DNA of 64,000 nt from Octopus bimaculoides (Eukaryota). Shown piece after piece: positions 52,483-64,000 of the stretch. The notes below the pieces were generated by a model, which did not search any database, was not told where the DNA came from, and worked only from the letters and a program-made list of their open reading frames with translations. Where the stretch lies: contig NC_068984.1 in the NCBI RefSeq assembly GCF_001194135.2, positions 66,534,314-66,598,313 of the forward strand, given 5' to 3'. Position 1 is the stretch's first letter; every line of letters begins with the position of its first letter. A program made the position numbers and the translations under genes.

Positions 52483-55067
52483 GCAAAAGGACACATTGGT
52501 TTATATAGTTCTAGACATTCTTCAAAAACAGTTCTGTGCCATAGAGCAATATGAGTGCACCCATACTTGCTATCAATAGTTTGTTTGGTAGGTTTTGTGG
52601 CATGCTGGAGCACAGAATGTTGCTCTCCCCTTCTTGCTCATCTCTTTTCATTTCATAGACAAAAGATACAGTGAGTGGTCTCCCCTTGTTATAGCATGCT
52701 GCAGTCAATTTTGAAGGAGAGGGATAGATGGACAAAGAGGGTAAGATTTGATTCCTGGTAGTTGACCGATACTTTATATATGGTTCTCCCTGTCTCCAAC
52801 AGGATGGAAGATAAAGTTAACCTGAGTGCTATTTGAACTCATAATGCAAAAAACTAGAAATATCTATGACAAAGCATTTGCTTGATGTTCTAATATTATT
52901 CTGCTAACTGACCACACTAGCCCTAGACTGCCATGAAAAAGAAAAAAAAAGGTGGAGTAGCCCATAGTTGGAAAAATTTTGATTATAGTTCAGGTCAGAA
53001 CTGGAGATTAAACAGCTACTATTGCAGTTTCAAATTCCTGGCACATGGCCAAGAATTTTTGGTATGCATGTTGAGGTGTAGATTGTCAATTACACTGGCC
53101 CAAGTGCTCACAGGTACTTATTTTGTCAACCCTGAAAGGATGAATGGCAAAGTCAACCTCAGCAGAATTTGAACTCAAAATGTAAAAAAGCAGAAGAAAT
53201 GCTCCTTGCCCTCTCAAAATTTTTTGTTTTGCAAGTTACTTGGTGACCCTGCTGGTAGTGGTACCAAGTAAAAAGCATCCAGTCCACACTGTAAAATGGT
53301 TGACATTTGGAAGGAAATCCAGCTGTAAAAACCTTGCCAAAACTGAACTTGCCTGTGCTGGTGCCATGTCAAAAGCACTCAGTCCACTCTGCTGAGTGGT
53401 TGGTGTTAGGAAGGGCATCCAGCCATAAAAGCCCTGCCAAAACAGACACAGTAGCCTGGGGTCGTCTTCTACCTGGCTAGCTCCTGGCAAACCATCCAGC
53501 CCATATCTGCATGGAAGGCGGACGTTAGATGATGATGATGTATGTATAGATTGTCAATTGTATATTTTCTCAACTCTGAAAGGAAGAAAGCAAGGTTGAC
53601 CGCAGCAGAATTTGAACTCAGAATGTAAAAAAAGCAGAAGAAATGCTGTCAAGTATTTTGCCAGGTACACTAACAGTTCTGCCAACTCACTGCCTTTTAA
53701 ACAACAACAACAACAATAACCGATCTGACTAATTCTGTTTTACCCTTACTTCTTTTCCAACATTTCATGTGAAAATGCCAAAATATTTTAAAACTAATAA
53801 AATAAAAATAAAAAAATACAACTTATTCTTTCTATTCATTTCATTTCTTTGGGCAGTGTTTATTGTCTCTTCAAAACAATCTGAAATATTTCCATTTTTA
53901 TTCTCTGTTTTTCTTTTTTGAACTGAGAGTGACTATAGCCTAAGGTAAGTTTCACAAAACAATAAATTCATTTCTTTTTCTTGTTTTATTTTTTTGATTT
54001 TACTTTTGGTTTGTTTAATTTCCTCCGACATATAAAAAGAACATTCTTATCATATAGAACAATCTTGAAGTGACAGGTGTACATTGTTTATAGTTTGTCA
54101 AATCTAAGACCTTAGATGTCAGCAGATATTAACTCAATCTACAAGTGCTGGAAGCAGTTATAAAGGATACAACATGTAATCTATTCTAACTGAGAATCTT
54201 GTCTTGATTTTGTTTTTCAAGAAGAAAGTCATCCCATTGGAAAGCACACCTGCTAGGCAGGCTAGAGTGACTTAAGTATAAACTTTTAATCATATTGATT
54301 TCTAACTTTGCTACCATTTAGCTAACTTGGAAGGGTACAATCAACTGAATCCAATGCAAGATATAACTAAGAGTTATTTAAAAAAACGCAAACCACTATT
54401 CATACCTCCTCAAGAAAGATGAAAGTTAATGCCAACTCTTATAAGTTGTGAACTTAGAATATGAATGAATGTAATCAATGACTACAAGCTAATTAGTTTT
54501 GGCAATTTACCGTTTCTGTGATCCACTGCCCATAATCTTATAGATTTATTGATATTGAAAAATTATTATTTTTTAAAATCTTTTAATCAAGAGGTAAGGC
54601 AGTGCTCTTGATTTTTCACAGGGCCTCTGAGATTAGTGAGAGCTAGGGAAGAAGATATCTTTCAACTGAAGAGCTAATCAAACCTATGATCAAAAGTACT
54701 CCAACTGACATTTTATTTAGAGGGGAGTGGAAGTGAGATTAAATCTAGGACGACATTGATATATCCTGTATTGTTTTAAGATATTAAGTATTATTTAAAT
54801 GAGATTTAGCTTCTGTTTCTAAAGGTCAAGCAAGAGAATAGATGTTCCCTTATTTATCTGCATACATCAGTCTATAGAACATGAGACAGTATGAATAACA
54901 CTAGACTGATTGTAATACTTTTGATACAAAACCACTCGAATCTATTCTGGTTCTGTGATACAAACCTGTTTTAAAGTGATCTAACTTTAAACCATGTATC
55001 AAAATTTCATTTGTGATAAACCTCTGCTTAATAATGATGAAGTTATTTTAATAAATTCTTCTTCATT

Positions 55068-55445
55068 AGGCAGAGGTGTGGCTGTGAGGTAAGAAGCTTG
55101 TTTCCCAATCACATGGTCCTGGGTTCGGTCCCACTGTGCGGCACCTTCTACTATAGCCTTCCGCAGACCAAAGCCTTGTGAATGGATTTGGTAGACAGAA
55201 ACTGAAAGAAGCCTGTATTATATATATACATATATGTGTGTGTGTGTGTGTGTGTGTATGTATCTTTGTGCCTGTGTTTGTCTCACCACCACTGCTTGAC
55301 TTGACAACCAGTGCTGGTGTGTATACATTCCCAAAACTTAACAAAATGAATACCAGGGTCGATACATTTGAGTAAAAATTCTGTAAGGTAGTGCCCCTTA
55401 TATGGCTGCAGTCAAATGACTGAAACATGTAAAGGAATACAAGAA
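55068..55445 (+). mobile_element. tRNA-headed SINE type A (most abundant family), inserted inside a P2 MITE
   Basis: Head gtggctgtgaggtaagaagcttg...gggttcggtcccac, body ccaaagccttgtgaatggatttggtagacagaaactgaaagaagcc, internal (TA)/(TG)n, tail gcagtcaaatgactgaaacatgtaaagg. Confidence 0.85.
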
Positions 55446-55663
55446 TTATCTTTAAAATTAATAGAAACAAAAGTAATGTATTTCAACAGAAATATGGTAA
55501 CTCAGGTCAACCCTGATAAAGCATAGCTTAGATCATCTGTTTTACAAATGTTATTGTTGTTCATCATGAAGTCTTCGGAAACAGAGCAGACCTGTATTTT
55601 AAAGAATTGTACACATAATCATCCTATTTTTTTTTTCTGCATATTGTTTCCCATACAGCTTAC

Positions 55664-56232
55664 ACAAGTGTTTCTCAACCTTTTTAACCTTGCGTAACCC
55701 TTAAAATAAATTACATATCTCAAGGAACGCCTTCACAAAAATAATATATACCATATTTTTTCATTGTGGTTCACGTGGTAAATATATCATATATATATAT
55801 ATATTTTTTTTTAGAGAAAAGAATCAAAGTTCATGAACTTATCCATGAAAATCCAGTCACATATAGAAAAATTAGTAAGTAAATGCACGATAAATAAGTA
55901 TAATATAGTACAAAGTAAATGCCATAAGATAATGATAATAAAACGACTACATGTGTTTCATAACAAAATTTTCAAATAGAAAATGAAAAATATTCAAATC
56001 GATTAAGAAAAAAATTAATACATCACTAAATATATCCCCAATAGTTGTTATAGTTTTTTGATAACATAATAGGTCTATATTACAATATTACAATAACCAG
56101 TAATATGTTGTGTATGTATAGTAATATTAGAATCCTGAAATTAGCATTAGCTATCTCACTCTTTCTTGTGGAACCCCTAGGAACCTTTTACAGAACCCAA
56201 GTTTCCAGGGAACCCCATTTGAGAAGTGTTGG
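55664..56232. mobile_element. probable hAT-type non-autonomous relic
   Basis: Left end caagtgtttctcaacc. Right end ggaaccccatttgagaagtgttg, a degenerate version of the CAGTGTTTCTCAA...TTGAGAAACACTG termini. Subterminal ggaaccc repeats. No clear 8-bp TSD. Confidence 0.45.
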
Positions 56233-57399
56233 CCTACACTGAGAAGATACTTCCTCCATAAGCTGTCAAATAGAAAATCACAACAATTTGGACACTTTCC
56301 AATTGATGCTCAACAGCATTGTTGCTACCAAAGAATTTCTTGGTTCTTTTATTGTGCACCGTATCCTGTCTGAGTACCTCTTATAATCGTGCTGCCACCA
56401 GACAAAACTAGGTGCAGCAACTCCAACTAAGCAGCAACTGTTTTGTGTGCTTATATTACAAATTGTTGGGTATTTGTTTTTTCCATCTCTGGTTCATAAA
56501 TCACTATTTTACAAGCCTGATAAGTCATTGTGGATTGAGCCAGAGTGATATTGTAGACAGGACATTGTGGGAGCCTGGTAAACTCTCCTCCACATCATCA
56601 TCATTGTTTTAACATCTACTTTTCAATGCTTGTATAGATATCATGAAATTCTTTGACACAATTTTCTACAGTTTGATGCCATTCTTTTTTGCCAACCGTC
56701 ACAACACTAGAGATAAATGACACTGTATAACAGTGATGCTTACAACTATCACACAATGCTAAGACAATGAAACAAGTGTGCACACGCATGCACGCATGGA
56801 CACACACACAGTGGGCTTCTTTTAGTTTTCATCTACCAAATCCATACACAAGACTTTGTTTGGCCAGGGGCTATAGTTGAAAAATACTTGCCCAAGGTGA
56901 CATGCAGCAGGACTGAACCCAAAACCACACTGCCATGCTTGCACTACATGCCTTCCATAGTTCCTCAAGTTCCTCACATTTTTATCCCTTCCCTTGACAT
57001 ACCAACTCCATACATACCTTTAACTACATTACCCAGTATATCCTTTCATTTAAGATTGTCAGGTTGTGACTTGAGTATGATTTAGCTGTTAATTCCTTTA
57101 GGTCAAATAACCACAAGGAAACTTCATCCATTTGCAAAGTTTGGTTGATAGAGTCTCAGAGAACTTTAGTAGCAGCAGGAGTATTTGTTAATGCTTATTC
57201 CCTGTGACTGCTCTGGTTTAGCAGACTATGAATAAAGATGAAAATATTCCAGTCATTGCTATCATGTTTTTTTTTTCCTTTTAATTTCCATCTGTTGTAA
57301 ACAAAATCTATGATGCATTCTCCAATATGTCATATTTAAAGTGTGATATGAGTGGTCATTTGGTTACTATTTCTAACAGAATCTTCCATGTTTTTGTAG

Positions 57400-57471
57400 G
57401 TGCAGAAATAGTATCAACACTCAATTCCTTGATGCACACTAGCTCTACTATTATAGATATGTTGTGTAAAA
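57400..57471 (+). CDS. candidate internal exon
   Basis: catgtttttgtag|.AEIVSTLNSLMHTSSTIIDMLCK.|gtaaga, 72 nt, symmetric phase 1, only one open frame. Confidence 0.33.
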
Positions 57472-58445
57472 GTAAGATGTAGAATGATCAAATTATGTTG
57501 AAATTAATATGTGCTCTTCAGTAATCTTTCTGATGTGTTCATGAAATATGTAACAGTATGCTTCTAATGTTCAAAAACAAAGAATTTGCCTTGGAATATC
57601 TCATTATTGCTCCAAGGAATCAATTATCTAAAATATGGATTGATTCATTAATACAAGTTTCAAATTCTATCAAGTCTTTTGATGAATTACATGTTAAGAA
57701 TAGCAAAAGAATTTCTCTTGCGCTGGGAAAGAAAGCATGAAATGTGTGTGTATGTGTGTGTGTGTGTGTGTATTTGTTGTCTTTGTATGATGTGTGTGTT
57801 TAAAACTGTATCAGTGTACGTCATGTGCAATTGTTGTGCATGTAATGGGGACACAGGCATGTGAGTGCACATAATGTGTGCATGTATGCCAGTGTACATG
57901 TATGCATATATGTTTGATCGTATGTGAGTATGTGTGCTTACAAACAGTTTCTTTATTTAGTGACATTCATGAATAAAATATGTAATAATTAGTATCACTT
58001 ATGGAAATGATGTATTTGATGGTGCTTAGCAATAATACCATATTAGGAAAGTGATTTAGACAATGGATAACTGTTGAGGAAAACAGAAAGCAATTCATCA
58101 CATCAAATTATATGCTCTATCAGTTAATTTTTTATGCTTGTCTTGGGAGATTCTTCCAATTAAGATAGAGACAAGTCTTATTTCTCAAGGAAGTACATAC
58201 ACGTAAGCATCTAACTTTGGAGAAATTCTGTCAACTAATACATATGCATAATTGTATCTTGTCATATTTCACTGTTTGATGACTATGGCAAAAGAGTGCT
58301 GACACATGTTCAATTTCTGGTATAATCATTTCATTATCTTACAATGTTGTTCCTGTTTAGTTCCATGTCAAACCTGATCAAGTAGACTTATGATCATCAA
58401 AGACATTTTACCAAGATTGTCTTGTCATTTTTTATTGAAATTCAC

Positions 58446-58480
<35 letters not shown>

Positions 58481-58687
58481 CACAAACACACATACACATA
58501 CACACACATTCAGCATGCTTGACTGTTTAATTCAGACAGGTGGGTTTTTTTCTCACTCATTTATCCTTCTTGTAGAAGAGGTTAGGTTCAGAACATCTGT
58601 GACGTCTTCCATTTTACCTGAGCATAAACATAATATATTCTGTTGCTTTTCCACCTCATCATCACATCATTGTATTTTTCTTATTTT

Positions 58688-58727
<40 letters not shown>

Positions 58728-58737
58728 NNNNNNNNNN

Positions 58738-58778
<41 letters not shown>

Positions 58779-58992
58779 TATTAGTCTACTGTCCATAAAT
58801 ATTTGCTTTGAAAACATTTCATTTCAGAGATTTGTTTTCAATGCCAAGCTGACCAAAAATATATTTACTTCCATTAATATAGGGGTCATGTGCCTCTGCT
58901 CAACAGGTCTGATGACTGATGAGCCTATACTGCCAAAGACAGTAATAGACGTGAAACTAATGGTAGCCTTCTGCCCAGTCATAACCAATGAC

Positions 58993-59029
<37 letters not shown>

Positions 59030-61627
59030 TGTATATATGTATATATTATATTATGTTATATTATATATATATTATATGTATATANNNNNNNNNNNNNNNN
59101 NNNNNNNNNNNNNNNNNNNNNNNNNNNNNNNNNNNNNNNNNNNNNNNNNNNNNNNNNNNNNNNNNNNNNNNNNNNNNATATATATATATATATATAGATT
59201 ATAAAATGTCAGGATGTATGACAAGTGACTATATTTATTTAACCACGTGTTATCCTTAGAATTATGGCTGTTTTGTAGCCTTCATCATGTAATAATAATC
59301 TCAGTGTATAATAGATTATTTTACATGTCTGCACCAATATGCATGCTACACATTGCACAACACAATTGTACATGTACAAATCACTGCAAATATATAAGGT
59401 TAACTCTTCAGATCATTAGAACATCATGTTTACACCAATACTTCAACTCTGCATACACAAGACCATCCTTTATATAGAATGTATGGAAGACCGATAATTT
59501 ATAAAATTAGATTGGTATTGTCATTATAGATGGGGTGTGACTTAAGGGAGATTTGCTTGCTATTTCACAGAGGAGGGAAGATTTGCTTGCTATTTCCCAA
59601 ATAAGTTGTTTTTGTTGCTTAGCCCTTGGTCTGTCTTAATAGATCAAACACATTTCATCTTCTTGTGGGGGGACACAGTGCCTATCATGTCATTGTCTAT
59701 GTTCCTTTTTTTTGTGAAGACAATGCAACATATTTCTAGCAAGTAGAGGAACCGTATAAAGCCGGAGTTAGCAGCAGGTGGGCTGCTGAAGTATTTTCTG
59801 TGGGCCTTGCAACTTTTCTAAACAAGCTGCAACGATGCAGTTCTATTTTTGTTCTAGACAGAGTATACCCTGGATTGCATTATCCTATTTGTCCTTCCTT
59901 AAGTTTGGCTATAATTTGAAGGAGATTTGGCTGCTATTTTGGGGATGTTAGGTGACCATGTGATAATTCAAGACCCTCACTGGTTTGTATGTGGGCATGT
60001 AAGTGAATGTGTGTGCATTTTAGCAGTTAGTTAGTGACTTGGAACACACAGTAAATTTATAAACAAAGTTACATACATAAATTACCTTTACACTTATTGT
60101 TATTGCTCTCTTTTTCTATATATATTTCTTTTATGTGCATGTGTGTGTATGTATGTGTGTGTATGTATATGTATATATGTATACAATCTTTTATATATTA
60201 TATATTTATATTATACTTTGCAATAATGAGTTTATATTTTCTAAATAATCTCTACAGATAAAGGATTGATTGTACTTAGTTCATAAATGGATAAATGGAT
60301 GGCCACTTCATTAAGAATGTATGTGATGAGAGTAGTGTAAATAAAAGCTTCAAAGACTTTTAAAAGAATAATAATACTACATCTATGAGGCTTGATCTTG
60401 CAGGGAAAATGCCATAATAGTGAATGAATGAATTTGGAAAGCAAGCTACTTGATGATTGGCAGGCTGTATCTGTTAACCAAAGCTTAGTGGTTAGATGTT
60501 GTATCAGCTGCAGTAAGGCAATTTTAATAAATGCTAAATGGAAGCCACAGAGAATAGATTACTATTGTATATAAATGTTGTACTCACTTCTAAGCTAAGG
60601 CGTTAATGAGTTCTCATTTACCTGCATTTGAGAGTAATTCTCATGCTGTATTACTAGCCACATGATATGACAGTTCTTAGAATTATAATGCAATTAAGCC
60701 TTGCCAAAATACCCCTAATTTTATCTGAGGAATGATATAAGAAGTGAAACAGAATATAGTAACTTGCCCTGTTACTGTGATTTATCTAGATCCTGATATA
60801 ATTACAAAAGAGTAATATTACCTTGATAAGCAATACATAGGAATCTGTAACTATTTCCATTGAATTCTGAGCATGTCTCTTTTCTGCATAGGCATATGTA
60901 TTCACACATATAAATATGCATGTAAGTCTGTATGCCTATTCATATATGTTCCTATTCAAATTGTTTTCGATATGAGATATGTCTGGAATGTATACTTATA
61001 TACTCAACAAATTGAAATGATGTGGGAGCTCCTAGATGGTGGTTCAGCCTGCTAGAAGCAACAGTCATTTATTGTTACACTGTTATTTGTTGTTTTAGGG
61101 AAACAAAGATCAGATTGGATAGTGTAGTCTGAAGAATATGCTGTTAAGAAAAAATGGGATGGCCACGATATGTCTAGGACTAAGCAACAATAACAAGCAA
61201 AAAAAAAAAAATTAAAAGAAATTAAATGCAGTGAGGTCCAGGTATATCTGTGTGGCTAAAACGTCCATATCCCACCCATGTGGCTTTTGGGTTCAATCCT
61301 ACTGCATGTCATTTTGGGCTCTGCTATAGCTCCAGACTGACCAAAGTCTTCTTAGTTAACTTGACAGATGAAAACTGAAAGATGCCCACTGCATGTACAC
61401 ACACACACACACACACACAGTGTACAGTTTCATAATTTCACAATTGTTGAAATCAAACAAAAACAGTACTCCATCTTGTGAGAGACAAATATCACTTTGT
61501 GTCTGAATGATTGTCTTTTAACACACTGTATGCAGTACAAAGACATCCCTCTATTGTATTATCAGAGACATGAAACTTACAGTAGCTTGCATTTAAATCT
61601 TGTATATATATAGATATATATAACAGC

Positions 61628-62055
61628 ACTGTCCAAGCATGTTCATTGCCAGAGCAGCTGTCTGGCTTTCGTTCTAGTCGCCTGTAAATAGCACCATTTG
61701 AACGTAATCATTACCAGTGTCACCTTCTAGCACTTGTGCTAGTGGCACGTTAGAAAATCATTCGAGTGAGGTCATTGCTAGTGCTGCTGGACTGGCCCCC
61801 GTGCAGGTGGCACATAAAAAACACATTTTGAGCGAGGCTGTTGCCAGTACCGTGCGACTGGCCCTTGTGCTGGTGGCACATAAAAGCACCCACTACACTC
61901 TCAGAGTGGTTGGCATTAGGAAGTGCATCCAGCTGTAGAAACTCTGCCAAATCAGATTGGAGTCTGGTGCAGCCTTCTGGCTTGCCAGTCCTCAGTCAAA
62001 TCGTCCAACCCATGCTAGCATGGAAAGCAGACGTTAAACGATGAGGATGATGATA
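61628..62055 (+). mobile_element. family B retroposon
   Basis: Closely similar to the 43250 copy. Further copies at ~1310-1668, 3488-3689, 18612-18765 and 53236-53540 (+). Confidence 0.8.
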
Positions 62056-62307
62056 TATATATATATATATANNNNNNNNNNNNNNNNNNNNNNNNNNNNN
62101 NNNNNNNNNNNNNNNNNNNNNNNNNNNNNNNNNNNNNNNNNNNNNNNNNNNNNNNNNNNNNNNNNNNNNNNNNNNNNNNNNNNNNNNNNNNNNNNNNNNN
62201 NNNNNNNNNNNNNNNNNNNNNNNNNNNNNNNNNNNNNNNNNNNNNNNNNNNNNNNNNNNNNNNNNNNNNNNNNNNNNNNNNNNNNNNNNNNNNNNNNNNN
62301 NNNNNNN

Positions 62308-62610
62308 CTAGTACTTATTCTATCGGTCTCTTTTGCCGAACCGCTAAGTGATGGGAACATAAACACACCAGCATCGGTTGTCAAGCAATGCTAGGGGGAC
62401 AAACACAGACACACAAACACGCACACATATACATACATATATATACATATATACGACGGGCTTCTTTCAGTTTCCGTCTACCAAATCCACTCACAAGGCT
62501 TTGGTCGGCCCGAGGCTATAGTAGAAGACACTTGCCCAAGGTGTCACGCAGTGGGACTGAACCCGGAACCATGTGGTTGGTAAACAAGCCACTTACCACA
62601 AAGCCACTTC
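62308..62610 (-). mobile_element. SINE type A, young CpG-rich copy
   Basis: Retains many CpGs (gccgaaccgctaag, tacgacgggc, ggtcggcccgagg, cccggaacc). Other partial type A copies at ~293-430, 2378-2507, 18185-18315, 21315-21455, 22830-23180, 41630-41820, 56805-56930, 61240-61390 and 63762-63905. Confidence 0.85.
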
Positions 62611-63021
62611 TATATATATATATATATTATATATGTTTTAAATCTTTACATTCTGAGTTCAAATCTTGCAGCTCTCAACTTTGACTTTCATTGTTTGGGG
62701 TCAATAAAACGAAATACCAGTTGTAGGTAGTGAATTGAGAAGCAAAAGTATTAGCTTATCAGAGAAAATGCCACATAATATTTGTCATATTGGAAATAAT
62801 TTTTTCTAATTTTGGCAGAAAGGGGATGGGGTAGTCAGTTACATTGACTCCAGTGTTCAATTGGTAACTTATTTTATTGACTCCTAAAGGATGAAAGGCA
62901 AAGCTGACCTTGGCAGAATTTGATCTCAGAATGTAAAAATAGGTGAAATGCCACCAAGCATGCTGACTATTCTGACAACTCACTGTTTTTATGTTGGAAA
63001 TAATAATTGTCTTTGCTTTGA

Positions 63022-63059
63022 TTTATTATTATTATTATTATTATTATTAATAAAAATAA

Positions 63060-63110
<51 letters not shown>

Positions 63111-63160
63111 CAGCAGCAGCAGCAGCAATAGTGGTAGTTGTAGTAATAGTAGTAGTAGTT
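63022..63160. repeat. compound (TTA)n(TAG)n(CAG)n microsatellite
   Basis: Directly visible. Confidence 0.95.
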
Positions 63161-63717
63161 ATAAAATTCTGTCTTTTGTGACCATATTTTTAATTACATA
63201 TATTGCCAATGTGTTTCAGTTAATTTTGAAAACAACCAACAATTTAGAAGGATTTAATAAAATGGTTAACTCACTCATTATTAAGTTGGTGTTTGTTATA
63301 TAACTTAACAAAAGGTTCTTTTCAGAATTATGATGGGAGGTTTTAATTTAAATATAAATTCTTTAAAAGCAAGTGGTTTTCTGTCATGGAACCAGCAGCA
63401 CTCTCAGGTGAGTTGGTATCAAAAGGATTGTCAAAGGCTTCAAGTTATGAAATTTTGTAATAATTCTAAAGGAGTTTGTAAAGATTGCTTGCAGAATAGA
63501 AAATGACAGCTTTCTGCAGTTCTTCTGTCCAAGTCTCTCAGTCTCTGCTAGCTGTGTGGTTAAAAAGTTTTCTTTGCAACCAAATGGTTCTGGGTTTGGC
63601 CAATACTTTGTACCATATTTAACCTGTTGGAGTCTGTGTGGAACAATATCACACACACACACACACACACACATCTGTGCATGCGCACGCACACACACGT
63701 GCACACACACATACACA

Positions 63718-63753
<36 letters not shown>

Positions 63754-63935
63754 TATATATTAGGCTTGGCTGTGTCGGAAGAAGCTTGCTTTCCAACTAC
63801 ATGGTTTTGGGTTCATTCTACTGCATGACATCTTGGGCTACTATAGCTTTGGGTTGACCAAAGCCTTGTGAGTGGATTTGGTTGATGGAAACTGAAAGTA
63901 GCCCATATAGATATGTGTGTGTGCATGTATATATA

Positions 63936-64000
<65 letters not shown>

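Noticed and set aside
2373-63857. Most ORFs in the supplied track (YIYI, CVCV, HTHT, SLSL runs and X-runs)
   Set aside because: They are dinucleotide microsatellites, SINE sequence or N-gaps read as open frames.

Overview
This is AT-rich eukaryotic (animal) genomic DNA from a gapped draft assembly. There are 12 N-gaps, nearly all bordered by (AT)n or other microsatellites. The repeat landscape is what I recognise from Octopus (coleoid cephalopod); this is recognition, not a database match. No long ORF of a cellular gene, no true tRNA/rRNA gene and no CRISPR array is present. Almost all ORFs in the supplied track are microsatellite, SINE or N-run artefacts. The window looks like intronic/intergenic sequence packed with mobile-element debris: four tRNA-headed SINE types (labelled A, C, D, E here), a (GAT)n-tailed LINE-tail-like family (B), a 5'-truncated RTE-X LINE with a PHD-like finger, the 5' end of a Tc1/mariner transposon, a mariner MITE retaining the transposase C-terminus, two TTAA/piggyBac-type MITE families, a Helentron-associated (HINE/DINE-1-like) element and a probable hAT relic. 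Several short splice-site-flanked open frames on both strands may be exons of one or more long-intron genes, but I cannot identify the protein. The most unusual unexplained structure is at about 8890-9355 on the minus strand: three ~60-bp hairpin-bearing tandem repeats, a TATA box exactly 30 nt upstream of a TCAGTT initiator, then two consecutive degenerate hammerhead-ribozyme-like core motif sets. Also notable are a ~95%-identical ~220-bp inverted repeat pair (47091-48987) and a perfect 15-bp hairpin (51364-51408). Repeat boundaries are approximate unless a TSD or TIR is cited.
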